The position numbers were made by a program, and so were the translations under genes. Below, one piece after another: positions 19,231 through 27,889 of a stretch of DNA of 64,000 bases. A model generated the notes under the pieces. That model saw nothing but the letters and a program-made list of their open reading frames with translations, ran no database searches and had not been told where the DNA came from. Positions within the stretch are counted from its first letter, which is position 1, and each line of letters begins with the position of its first letter. Location of the stretch: positions 3,954,529 to 4,018,528 of the forward strand of contig OY970192.1 in assembly GCA_963708135.1 (NCBI GenBank). Direction: 5' to 3'. Origin of the DNA: an uncultured Gemmatimonadales bacterium (GTDB lineage Bacteria; Gemmatimonadota; Gemmatimonadetes; Longimicrobiales; RSA9).

Positions 19231-19920
19231 ATGGCCGGAGCCTCGCCCGATCCCGCCGCCCTCGGCGCCTACACCGAGCGCCTCTTCGCCCACGAGGACG
19301 CGCTCCTCCTCGAGCTCCGCGCCGAGATGGAGCGGCGCGGCTTCCCGCCCATCCAGGTCTCCGCCGAGGAGGGGCGCCTGCTCCAGCTCCTGCTGACCAC
19401 CGTCGGCGCCACCCGCGTCCTCGAGATCGGCACCCTCGGCGGCTACAGCGCGCTGTGGATGGCCCGCGCGCTTCCCGAGGATGGGCGCCTCGTGACCCTC
19501 GAGATCGAGCCGGAGCACGCCGCCCTCGCCCGCGAGTTCGCCGACCGCGCCGGGCTGGCCGACCGCATCGACGTCCGCCTCGGCCCGGCCGCCGATTCCC
19601 TCGCCGCGCTCGAGGCCGCGGGCGCCGGCTTCGACGCGTGCTTCATCGATGCCGACAAGGAGCCGTACCCGGACTACCTGGCCGCCGTCCGCCGCATGGT
19701 CCGCGTCGGTGGGCTGATCATGGGGGACAACGCGTTCCGCGATGGGGATGTGCTGGAGCAGGAGCGTGACGCCGGCGCCGAGGGGGTACACCGCTTCAAC
19801 GAGGCGCTCGCCGCGGACCCGGGCCTGCTGTCCACCATCATCCCCGTCCGCGATGGCCTGGCCGTGGCGGTCGTGCTTCAGCCCACCCGCGCCACCGCCG
19901 CCCGCGCGCCGGCCACGTAG
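19231..19920 (+). CDS. Class I SAM-dependent O-methyltransferase (caffeoyl-CoA OMT-like, family 3)
   Basis: 229 aa. Motifs: VLEIGTLGGYSALWMA, LVTLEIEPEHAALAREF, FDACFIDADKEPYPDY. Confidence 0.85.
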   Translation: MAGASPDPAALGAYTERLFAHEDALLLELRAEMERRGFPPIQVSAEEGRLLQLLLTTVGATRVLEIGTLGGYSALWMARALPEDGRLVTLEIEPEHAALAREFADRAGLADRIDVRLGPAADSLAALEAAGAGFDACFIDADKEPYPDYLAAVRRMVRVGGLIMGDNAFRDGDVLEQERDAGAEGVHRFNEALAADPGLLSTIIPVRDGLAVAVVLQPTRATAARAPAT

Positions 19921-20750
19921 CTTCCGCCGAACAGGTTGACGTGCACCAGCAGGTAGTACAGCTGGTAGACCGCGCGGCGCGCCTCCACGTACCCGGGCCG
20001 GAGCGGCCACGCCTCCCTGTACGCCGCGTGGAACTCCGCCCGAAATCCGCCGAATAGCTCGCTCATCGCCAGGTCTACCTCGCGGTGACCGTAGTAGATC
20101 GAGGGATCCACGAGCGCCGGCGCATCCGTCGTCATGTGGACGTTGCCGCCCCACAGGTCGCCGTGCAGGAGCGACGGTCCATCCGCGGCGGCTGCCTCCC
20201 CGAGCAGCCCGTCCAGCCGGTCGAGCAGCGCGGCGAAAGCGCGCCGGTCCGCGCCCGAGAAGTGCCCGCTCGCATAGGCCCGGCGCAGCTGCGGCAGCAG
20301 CCGCCGCTCGCGCCAGAAGGCCGGCCACCGCGCCATCCAGCCGTTCTCCTGCGGCAGCGAGCCGATGAAGTTGTCGGCCGGCCAGCCCCACGCCTCCGCC
20401 GTCGCGCGGTGCAGCGCCGCGAGACCCGCACCCAGCCGCCGCCAGGCCGCCGCGCCGCCGTCGCCAGGCTCCATCCACTCGAGCAGCAGCCACGCGGGAG
20501 CCTCCGCCGCGCTGCCCAGCACCTCCGGGACCCGCACCGCACCCGCGGCCGCCAGCGCCTCGAGCGCCTCCGCCTCCGCCGCGAACATCCGCGAGGCCCC
20601 GTCCGCCCACTTCAGGAAGGCGACGTCCCCCGACTCCGACTCCACTCGCGCCGTAGGGCTCACGCACCCCCCGCCGACCGGCGCGCCGCTCGCGATCCGT
20701 ACGATCCGGCCGAGGCGGGCCGACCACGCCGCCTCGGCGCCCCCGCGCAC
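19878..20750 (-). CDS. Fructosamine/ketosamine kinase family protein
   Basis: The C-terminal pattern PSLLHGDLWGGNV...DPSIYYGHREVDLAMSELFGGF...YQLYYLLVHVNLFGGSY is typical. The start is uncertain. I chose the GTG at 20750, 14 nt after the upstream phosphatase stop. The track ORF starts at an ATG at 20810, which would overlap that gene. Confidence 0.8.
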   Translation of the reverse strand: MRGGAEAAWSARLGRIVRIASGAPVGGGCVSPTARVESESGDVAFLKWADGASRMFAAEAEALEALAAAGAVRVPEVLGSAAEAPAWLLLEWMEPGDGGAAAWRRLGAGLAALHRATAEAWGWPADNFIGSLPQENGWMARWPAFWRERRLLPQLRRAYASGHFSGADRRAFAALLDRLDGLLGEAAAADGPSLLHGDLWGGNVHMTTDAPALVDPSIYYGHREVDLAMSELFGGFRAEFHAAYREAWPLRPGYVEARRAVYQLYYLLVHVNLFGGSYVAGARAAVARVG

Positions 20751-20764
20751 GCCGGGCGGAACCC

Positions 20765-21259
20765 TCAAATCCCCCGCTCCTTCCGGATGTGCGCGAGCAG
20801 CCCCCGGCACGCGCGCTCGATCATCTCGTACACGTCGTCGAAGCCGCCCGGCCCGCCGAAGTACGGGTCCGGCACTTCCGCCTCGGAGCCGCCCTGCGCG
20901 TCGAAGGCGCGCAGCAACTGCACCTCCGCACCCTTCGCCGCCGCCTCGAGCGGCCGGAGCCGCGCCAGGTTCTCGGCGTCCATCGCCAGCACGTAGTCGA
21001 ACGTCGCGAGATCCGATGCCGCGACCTGCCTCGCCCGGCTCGTCAGCTCCACCCCCCGCCGTACCGCAACGGCGCTCGCCCGCTCATCCGGCGGCTCCCC
21101 CGTGTGCCAGGACGAGGTCCCCGCGGAGTCAACCTCGAAGCGGTCCGCGAGCCCCGCCCGCCGCACCACCTCCCGGAATACCCCCTCCGCCATCGGCGAC
21201 CGGCAGATGTTGCCAAGGCAGACGAAGAGCACCCGGATCCGTCCATCCTCGGTGCCCAT
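20765..21259 (-). CDS. Low-molecular-weight protein-tyrosine phosphatase
   Basis: 164 aa from the ATG at 21259. It carries the P-loop VLFVCLGNICRSPMAEG and the DPYFG motif. Confidence 0.9.
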   Translation of the reverse strand: MGTEDGRIRVLFVCLGNICRSPMAEGVFREVVRRAGLADRFEVDSAGTSSWHTGEPPDERASAVAVRRGVELTSRARQVAASDLATFDYVLAMDAENLARLRPLEAAAKGAEVQLLRAFDAQGGSEAEVPDPYFGGPGGFDDVYEMIERACRGLLAHIRKERGI

Positions 21260-21289
21260 CCTGGCCGGCTCCTTGCTCAAGCCGCCCCC

Positions 21290-21901
21290 ATGTTCGACTG
21301 GATCACCGGCTGGGTCGGCTCGCTCGGCGTCTTCGGCATTGCCCTGCTGATGCTGCTCGAGAACATCATCCTTTTCCTCCCCTCCGAGCTCATCATGCCG
21401 CTCGGTGGCTTCCTGGCCGCGCGCGGCGACTTCAACTTCTGGCTCATGCTCCTCGCGGGCTTCATCGGCTCCCTGATCGGCTCGCTCCCCTGGTACATCG
21501 TCGCACGCTCGATCGGCAGGGAGCGCACCACCGCATGGCTGACCCGCCACGGCCGCTGGCTCGGACTGCGCCGCCGCGAGATCGACCGCGCCGACCGCTG
21601 GTTCGACCGCCACGCCACGGGCGCCGTCTTCCTGGCTCGCGTGACGCCGGGCATCCGCCCCCTGATCGGCCTCCCCGCCGGCTTCGCCCGCATGCCCTGG
21701 CACTCCTTCGTCCTCTTCACCGCTCTCGGCACCGCCCTCTGGGTCGCCGCCCTCGCCTGGGCCGGCCGCCTGCTCGGCCGCCGCTGGAAGCAGGTCGCCG
21801 ACACCGCGCGCCCCATCATCTGGATCACCCTCGCCCTCCTCCTCCTCGCCACCCTGATCTGGCTCGCGCGCCGCGCCCTCCGCCACCACCACACCCCCTG
21901 A
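21290..21901 (+). CDS. DedA family membrane protein
   Basis: 203 aa from the ATG at 21290. Motifs: LLMLLENIILFLPSELIMPLGGF and FLARVTPGIRPLIGLPAG. It diverges from the phosphatase gene across a 30-nt spacer. Confidence 0.85.
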   Translation: MFDWITGWVGSLGVFGIALLMLLENIILFLPSELIMPLGGFLAARGDFNFWLMLLAGFIGSLIGSLPWYIVARSIGRERTTAWLTRHGRWLGLRRREIDRADRWFDRHATGAVFLARVTPGIRPLIGLPAGFARMPWHSFVLFTALGTALWVAALAWAGRLLGRRWKQVADTARPIIWITLALLLLATLIWLARRALRHHHTP

Positions 21902-21962
21902 CCCCACCCCTCACCCTCACCCTCCCTCACCCCAATCCCAATCCCCACCCTCACCCCCACCC
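21902..21962. repeat. C-rich (minus-strand G-tract) low-complexity tract between convergent genes
   Basis: The plus strand reads ccccacccctcaccctcaccctccctcaccccaatcccaatccccaccctcacccccaccc. The minus strand therefore has about 11 runs of at least three G separated by 1-4 nt. Confidence 0.7.
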
Positions 21963-22799
21963 TCACCCTCCCTCTCCCTCTCCCTCTCCCTCTCCCTCTC
22001 GAAGCACCCCCAACGCCCACCTCCCCTCCGCCGTCCCCCCGAACCGCTCCGCCAGCCGATCGAGCTCCGGTCGGGCCGCCGCCGGCTCGTGCAGCCGCTC
22101 GATGCACAGCTCCGCGATGCTCCGCAGCACCATCGCCTCCGTCCCCGGCCCGAGATGCGCTCGCCTGAGCGCCCGGCGGTACCAGCCTACGGCCTCGCCA
22201 AAATTGCCCCGCCTGCGCAGCAGCATCGCCGCCCGCAGGTACGGTTCCGGCTCCGCCGGCCGGCGCTCCGCCGCCGCCGCGTAGGCGACCAGCGCCGCTT
22301 CGGTCTGCCCCCGGCCCGCCAGCGCATCCGCCGCCGAGTAGTCGCTCCGCGCGCGCCCCGCGCCCCCCGAGAGCAGGAAGCCGACGGCGGCGTCGATCGC
22401 GCCGCCACAGAAGATCTCGCCCAACAGAAACGAGTACGCCGCCCACCCCGCCGCCCCGGCCGCCATGCTCGACCACGCCTGCGTGTGCGCCGCCGCGGCC
22501 GTAAGCGCACCGAACGCCGCGCCTACCGCGGTGTCCCGGACGAGCAGCGTGAGGGTCGAGCCCGCCTGCGCGCCCCCCGAGAGCAGCCCCCGCACGAGCG
22601 GCTCCAGCCGCTCGGCCGAGTGCAGCACCAGCAGGAACGCGCCCCCACCCAGCACCGCGGCCAATGCGCCCGGGACGTCCCACGCCCCCGCTCCCGCGGC
22701 GCCGTACAGCACGCCGGCAAAGAGCGCAATCGGGTACGTGAACGCTCGCCGGCAGCGGCGGTCCGCACCGGCTCCATCCTGGTCCAGTTGCCCGCTCAC
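21963..22799 (-). CDS. Hypothetical membrane protein with TPR-like C-terminal region and (EG)n tail
   Basis: 278 aa. Several Gly/Ala-rich hydrophobic segments are followed by GQTEAALVAYAAAAERRPAEPEPYLRAAMLLRRRGNFGEAVGWYRRAL. The protein ends REGEGEGEGEGG. Confidence 0.5.
   Translation of the reverse strand: MSGQLDQDGAGADRRCRRAFTYPIALFAGVLYGAAGAGAWDVPGALAAVLGGGAFLLVLHSAERLEPLVRGLLSGGAQAGSTLTLLVRDTAVGAAFGALTAAAAHTQAWSSMAAGAAGWAAYSFLLGEIFCGGAIDAAVGFLLSGGAGRARSDYSAADALAGRGQTEAALVAYAAAAERRPAEPEPYLRAAMLLRRRGNFGEAVGWYRRALRRAHLGPGTEAMVLRSIAELCIERLHEPAAARPELDRLAERFGGTAEGRWALGVLREGEGEGEGEGG
21971..22000. repeat. Perfect hexanucleotide tandem repeat (CCTCTC)x5
   Basis: Read directly from the sequence. 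It encodes the (Glu-Gly)n C-terminal tail of the minus-strand gene 21963-22799. Confidence 0.9.
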
Positions 22800-22905
22800 G
22801 AGGCAGTCCGCTCCTGTCGAGGCGCGTCCGCTTGACGCCCGCCGGGGCGCCGCTCATCCTACCCGCCCACGTCCCTGGTCCGCCCTGTCCGGAAGGAGCC
22901 TCTGC

Positions 22906-23895
22906 ATGCGGCCTCGCGCGATGCCGCCATCCGCCCTGGCCGCCTGCGCCCTCGCCCTCTTCGCCGCGAGCCTCGCCGGCTGCGGCTCGCCCCGCGCCGG
23001 GCGCGGCCCGCCGTCCGGCGATTCCGTGGCCGGCGCTGCGACGCCCGGCGCCGCAGCCCGCACCGCTCCACCCCTCGGCGCCCCCTCGAGTGACGGCGTC
23101 GCGTGCCCGGTGGTGCTCGACACCGCCGCGCTGCCGGCCTCCCTCCACGAGTCCAGCGGCGTGGCCGCCAGCCGGCGCCATCCCGGCGTCTTCTGGACGC
23201 ACAACGACTCCGGCGGGCGCCCCGTCGTCTACGCCGTGGACGCCACGGGTCGGTTGCTCGGCTCGGTGACGATCCTCGGCGCGGCCAACATCGACTGGGA
23301 AGACATCGCCCTCGCCCCCTGCCCGGACGGGGCCGGAGACTGCCTCACCATCGCCGACACGGGCGACAACGCCGAGCGACGCCAGGACATCGTGCTCTAC
23401 CGTGTCCCGGAGCCGGAACCGTCCGCCACCGAAACCCCGCCCGCCGTCCGGATCCCGCTCCGCTACCCCGATCACCCGCGCGACACCGAGGCGCTCTACG
23501 TCCTCCCCGATCGGGCCGCGTATCTCGTGAGCAAGGGCCGGAGCGGCCCCATCGAGCTGTACCGCGTTCCGCCCGCGGGCGGCGTGCTCGAGCCGGTCGA
23601 GCGGATTGCGCCCCGGCCCGCCGAGCTCGGCGACGAGGTCACCGCCGCCGCCGCCCGTCCCGACGGCCGCGTCGTGGCCGTCCGCACCTACGCCGCGCTC
23701 TACTTCTTCCGCGTGGGCCCCGACGGCCACCTAACGCCCATGCCGCCGCGCGCCGGCATCGACTTGGCCAGCGTGGCGCAGGTCCAGGGGGAAGGTCTCG
23801 ATCTGCTCCAGGATGGCACGGCCGTGCTCACCAGCGAGGCGGGACCCGGCGGCACCCGCGGCGCCATCGCCCGGATCCGCTGCACCATCCCCTGA
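22906..23895 (+). CDS. Hypothetical lipoprotein
   Basis: 329 aa from the ATG at 22906, 6 nt after GGAAGGAG. The signal peptide and lipobox read ALALFAASLAGC. The conserved-looking segment LHESSGVAASRRHPGVFWTHNDSGG suggests a beta-propeller-type secreted protein. Confidence 0.6.
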   Translation: MRPRAMPPSALAACALALFAASLAGCGSPRAGRGPPSGDSVAGAATPGAAARTAPPLGAPSSDGVACPVVLDTAALPASLHESSGVAASRRHPGVFWTHNDSGGRPVVYAVDATGRLLGSVTILGAANIDWEDIALAPCPDGAGDCLTIADTGDNAERRQDIVLYRVPEPEPSATETPPAVRIPLRYPDHPRDTEALYVLPDRAAYLVSKGRSGPIELYRVPPAGGVLEPVERIAPRPAELGDEVTAAAARPDGRVVAVRTYAALYFFRVGPDGHLTPMPPRAGIDLASVAQVQGEGLDLLQDGTAVLTSEAGPGGTRGAIARIRCTIP

Positions 23896-23914
23896 CTGCC
23901 GCCCGCCCGGCGGC

Positions 23915-24268
23915 TCAGCGCTGCTCCAGGTACCGCTTCAGCGCCAGCGCCGAGTTGTGCTCCACGTCCGCCGCCGCATAGACCAGCGTCACGTTCCCGC
24001 GCTCCAGCTCCTTCCGCAGCATGCCGACCACGCTCCGATGCTCGCTCAGCTCCGCCCAGTAGCGCCGCACGAATTCCTCCCAGCGTGCCGGCTCGTGGTC
24101 GTACCAGCGCCGCAGCGCGGGGCTCGGCGCCACCTCCCGCAGCCACAGGTCCAGCGAAGCCCGCCGCTTTGTCACGCCCCGCGGCCATAGCCGCTCCACC
24201 AGCACCCGCGTACCGTCCCCCGGGGACGGCGCCTCGTAGATGCGCTTCAGTCGCAGCTCACCGGCCAT
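23915..24268 (-). CDS. DUF488 (YeaO-like) family protein
   Basis: 117 aa: LKRIYEAPSPGDGTRVLVERLWPRGVTK...WLREVAPSPALRRWYDHEPARWEEFVRRY. Confidence 0.8.
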   Translation of the reverse strand: MAGELRLKRIYEAPSPGDGTRVLVERLWPRGVTKRRASLDLWLREVAPSPALRRWYDHEPARWEEFVRRYWAELSEHRSVVGMLRKELERGNVTLVYAAADVEHNSALALKRYLEQR

Positions 24269-24545
24269 TCGAGTCGTTCCCTCGCGAGGGCATTGCCGCG
24301 CCGCCGCGCGCGCTCGGCGCCCCTACACTAGGACCCCCGCGAAGCCGGGGTCAAGCAATGGTGCCCGGAACCGCCTCGATGCCCTCCGTCGGCTATCCCA
24401 TAAGATGCGCAGGCACAATGGTTTGTGGCGAACGAAACACGCGCCGCCGGCACGGATGCTGCACCGTTTTGACCCTGCCGGAGACCGCAACCGGGGCCCG
24501 CGGACCGTCGAATCGACCTCAGGCTAACCAGGCGTCAGGAGCCTC

Positions 24546-25496
24546 ATGATCAGCAGCGACCGAACCGCGACCGCCCGCCGTCGGACCCGCTCCGGCGGAT
24601 ACACCGTGCGTGCCCGCCGCTGGCCGGGCCGGCCTCCGTTCGACGGCGCCGGCCGGCCGTATGGCGGCTGGGCACGGGCGTTCGACGCGGCCGTTCCGGA
24701 GGATGCCGAAAACCCCTTCCTTCGCCGTCGCCACGGCGAGGTCGAGTGGCACGACCACGAGAGGCGTGCGCATGACCGCCGCGCCGGGATCGACCGCCGC
24801 GACGACGGAGATCGCCGCCGCACCGACCGCCGCACGAGCCTGCTCCAGCGAGGTCGCGACTTCGCCCAGCGCTTCCGCGAGCCGATCATCGGCCTCACGA
24901 TCGCGGGCGCGGCCGCGCCTCTGATCCGGGCCGGCAGCCGCTCGGCGGCCGCCTCCGCGGCGCCGGCGCCGGCGCGCCAGCCCGGGCCCGCCTCCGCCGC
25001 CACCGCGCGCGGGACGGATCCTGACGCCGCCGTAGGGGCGCGTTGGGCCAACGCCGAGCGCGACTCGGTGATCAGCCGCGCCACGGGCGCATACAACATC
25101 TCGCCCCAGCTGGCCGCGTCGATCTACGACCATGCCCGACAGGAGGGCATCAAGCCCGAGCTCGCCTTCGGCCTCGTCCGCACCGAGAGCGCGTTCGACC
25201 CGCGCGCCATCAGCAGCGTCGGTGCCCGTGGCCTCACGCAGCTCATGCCGCGCACCGCCCGGTGGCTCCAGCCCGGCACGCGCGCGACGGACCTGTACCA
25301 CCCCCAGACCAGCCTGCAGCTCGGGTTCCGCTATCTGCGCCACCTGCTCGACAACTACAACGGCAACGAGCATCTCGCGCTGCTCGCCTACAACCGCGGC
25401 CCCGGGACGGTGAACCGCATCCTGCGGCAGGGCCGCAACCCCGCCAACGGGTACGCGCAGAAGGTGCTGGGCTTCGCCAGCCGCGTCGCCCCCTGA
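24546..25496 (+). CDS. Lytic transglycosylase (SLT domain) protein
   Basis: SLT catalytic region: PELAFGLVRTESAFDPRAISSVGARGLTQLMP...LLAYNRGPG. One TM-like segment (IIGLTIAGAAAPLI) is present. The N-terminal ~100 aa are Arg/Asp-rich, so the start is uncertain. Confidence 0.75.
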   Translation: MISSDRTATARRRTRSGGYTVRARRWPGRPPFDGAGRPYGGWARAFDAAVPEDAENPFLRRRHGEVEWHDHERRAHDRRAGIDRRDDGDRRRTDRRTSLLQRGRDFAQRFREPIIGLTIAGAAAPLIRAGSRSAAASAAPAPARQPGPASAATARGTDPDAAVGARWANAERDSVISRATGAYNISPQLAASIYDHARQEGIKPELAFGLVRTESAFDPRAISSVGARGLTQLMPRTARWLQPGTRATDLYHPQTSLQLGFRYLRHLLDNYNGNEHLALLAYNRGPGTVNRILRQGRNPANGYAQKVLGFASRVAP

Positions 25497-25568
25497 GCCC
25501 GCGGCGCGCGCCGGCACCTCCGCCCCCCGGCCGGTGTAGCCGAGAGAACTCGAGACCCGGGGGACGAA

Positions 25569-27086
25569 GTGCAGCGCGGATTCCGTAATGTCGTGCCGGC
25601 GGCGCTTCTGGCGCTTGCCGGGCTGGCCGCTCCGGCCGCCGCCCAGCACATCGATACGCTGGGCATGCGTGCCCACACCTATTTCCTGTCGAGTGACCTG
25701 CTCCAGGGTCGCGGAACCGGGACCCGCGGCGCTCATCTCGCCGCCGCCTACCTGGCCTCCGAGCTCCGTCGGCTGGGGCTCCAGGGAGTGGGCCCCGGGG
25801 GTGCCTACCTTCTGCCCGTCCCGCTCCAGGCCGCCGATGTGAACGACGCCACCACCACCCTCTCCGTCGCCGTGGGCGCCGACACCCTCGTCTTCCACTC
25901 GGGAATCAACTTCGTCCTGAATACCGGCGCACGCGCCGCGTTCCACGACATTGCCGGCCCCGCCCTCTTCGTCGGAACCGCCGCCCAGGCCGACGGGGCG
26001 CTCGAGGGCCGCAGCGACGTCGCCGGCAGCGTGCTGGTCGTGGCCGGAACCCTCGGCGCCGATGCCGCCACGCTCATCCCGGACTGGATCCGCCGCGGCG
26101 TGGCCGGCGTCATATTGGTCGTCCCCGACGCCGACCGCTTCCGCCTCCTCGCCGACTCCCGCGGCGGCGCCCGCATGTTCCTCGACGGCGCTGGCATGGA
26201 CGATCCGGTCTGGCAGCCCGCGCTCCCCGAGATGGTGGCCGGCCCCGATGTCGCTCGCGCCCTGCTCGCCGGCGCACCCCTGGACGAGACCATGGTGGAT
26301 GGCCATTCGCGGATCCGGGCGCTCCCGCTCGCGCGCTCCGTGACCACCCACGTGGTCGTGTCCTTCCGCCGTGTCGATGCCGCCAACGTCGCCGCCCTGC
26401 TCCCCGGCCGCGACCCCGCGCTCAGCCACCAGGTCGTCGTCTACACCGCGCACTACGACCACCTCGGCATCGGCGCGCCCGACCAGTCCGGTGACTCCAT
26501 CTTCAACGGGTTCTCCGACAACGCCGCCGGCGACGCCATGCTCCTCGCCATCGCGGAGGCCATGAAGACAAGCCCGCCGGCCAGGTCCGTCCTGTTCCTG
26601 TTCCCGACCGGCGAGGAGCGAGGCCTGCTCGGATCCACGGCGTACGCCGCCGCGCCCGCCATCCCGCTCGCCCGCACCGTCGCCGTGATCAACCTCGACG
26701 CCGGCGCCCCGCCCGCCCCCCCGCTCGACTGGCGGATCGCCGGCGGCACCGCCTCTAGCCTCGGCGCCGAGGCCGTCCGCATCGCGAAAGCGCACGGCTG
26801 GACCGCCACATCCTCTCCGCCGTCGCCCAACTCCGACTACTGGCCGTTCCTGGCCCGCGGCGTCCCGTCCGCGTTCATCATCCCCGGGCCCGACTGGGAG
26901 GGCGTGGGCGCCGCTGAGAAGGCGCGCCTGGATGCCCGCTGGGAGCACTACCACCAGCGAGGCGACGAGTGGAAGCCCGACTTCCCTTTCGTCGGCCTCG
27001 CCCGCTACGCCCGCCTCGCGCTCGAGCTCGGAATGCACGTCGCCGACGCCCCTGCACGCCCCAAGCTCCTCTCGGCCGGCCGCTGA
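25569..27086 (+). CDS. M28 family metallopeptidase with signal peptide
   Basis: 505 aa from a GTG start. Signal: VVPAALLALAGLAAPAAAQ. Motifs: RGTGTRGAHLAAAYLASE, VVVYTAHYDHLG, and FLFPTGEERGLLGS, a Zn-ligand context typical of M28. Confidence 0.8.
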   Translation: MQRGFRNVVPAALLALAGLAAPAAAQHIDTLGMRAHTYFLSSDLLQGRGTGTRGAHLAAAYLASELRRLGLQGVGPGGAYLLPVPLQAADVNDATTTLSVAVGADTLVFHSGINFVLNTGARAAFHDIAGPALFVGTAAQADGALEGRSDVAGSVLVVAGTLGADAATLIPDWIRRGVAGVILVVPDADRFRLLADSRGGARMFLDGAGMDDPVWQPALPEMVAGPDVARALLAGAPLDETMVDGHSRIRALPLARSVTTHVVVSFRRVDAANVAALLPGRDPALSHQVVVYTAHYDHLGIGAPDQSGDSIFNGFSDNAAGDAMLLAIAEAMKTSPPARSVLFLFPTGEERGLLGSTAYAAAPAIPLARTVAVINLDAGAPPAPPLDWRIAGGTASSLGAEAVRIAKAHGWTATSSPPSPNSDYWPFLARGVPSAFIIPGPDWEGVGAAEKARLDARWEHYHQRGDEWKPDFPFVGLARYARLALELGMHVADAPARPKLLSAGR

Positions 27087-27243
27087 CCCGGATAGTGCCG
27101 CGTCACAGCCCCCACCCGCCTTCCCGCCGTTTGACGGCCGCCCCCACTTGCAGCGCTCCCCGTCCAGTCCCAGTTTGCCGGTGCGGAATCATGCGGCGAC
27201 GCCCGAGCGGGCGCCGCCGCTTCTCACTTCGAGGGAGGTCTCG

Positions 27244-27687
27244 ATGCCGAAAGCCGAGCGCAGCGCCAGCGTCGTATGGCAGGGGAAGCTCGCGGACGGG
27301 AGCGGACGCGTGCGGCTGGCCAGCGGCGCCCTGGATGAGTTCCCCGTCACCTGGGCCTCCCGCGTGGAGAGCTCCGATGGCCGCACCAGCCCGGAGGAGC
27401 TCCTCGCCGCCGCGCACGCCGCCTGCTTCTCCATGGCGCTCTCGCACGCCCTGACTGGCAAGGGACATCCGCCCGCCGAGCTCCACGTCGCCGCGACCTG
27501 CACGATCGAGAAGCTCGACGCCGGCTTCACCATTACCAGCATGCGGCTCCGCGTCGAGGGTGACGTGCCCGGGATCACGGAGGCCGGATTCCAGGAGGCC
27601 GCGAACGGCGCGAAGGCCGGCTGCCCCGTCTCCCGCGCCCTCCAGGGCAACGTGGACGTGAGCCTCGAGGCCGCCCTCCGCGTCTGA
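27244..27687 (+). CDS. osmC: OsmC family peroxiredoxin
   Basis: 147 aa from the ATG at 27244 after GAGGGAGG. Motifs: TSPEELLAAAHAACFSMAL and AKAGCPVSRAL (the two conserved Cys). Confidence 0.9.
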   Translation: MPKAERSASVVWQGKLADGSGRVRLASGALDEFPVTWASRVESSDGRTSPEELLAAAHAACFSMALSHALTGKGHPPAELHVAATCTIEKLDAGFTITSMRLRVEGDVPGITEAGFQEAANGAKAGCPVSRALQGNVDVSLEAALRV

Positions 27688-27889
27688 GACAGTGCACGTC
27701 CTGGTCGATCGTTTCCGGAGTACGGTCAGCACCGAGCCGGGTCCGTCGTCGGGCTCTCTCGCGCGGAGGCGCGGGAGGTCCGCGGCGGCGCGGAGGATGC
27801 CATGAGTTCACCGCGACTCCGCGGGCCTCCGCGTCCCTGTGAGAGACAGGCACCCCGGCGGTCTCGGGAACGCGCGTCGTCGGACCCTC

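Noticed and set aside
21902-22000. A possible CRISPR array or telomere-like repeat in the CCCTCA/CCCAAT/CCTCTC tract.
   Set aside because: The units are 6 nt with no spacers and no cas genes. Part of the tract is coding, so it is simple-sequence DNA and not a CRISPR array.
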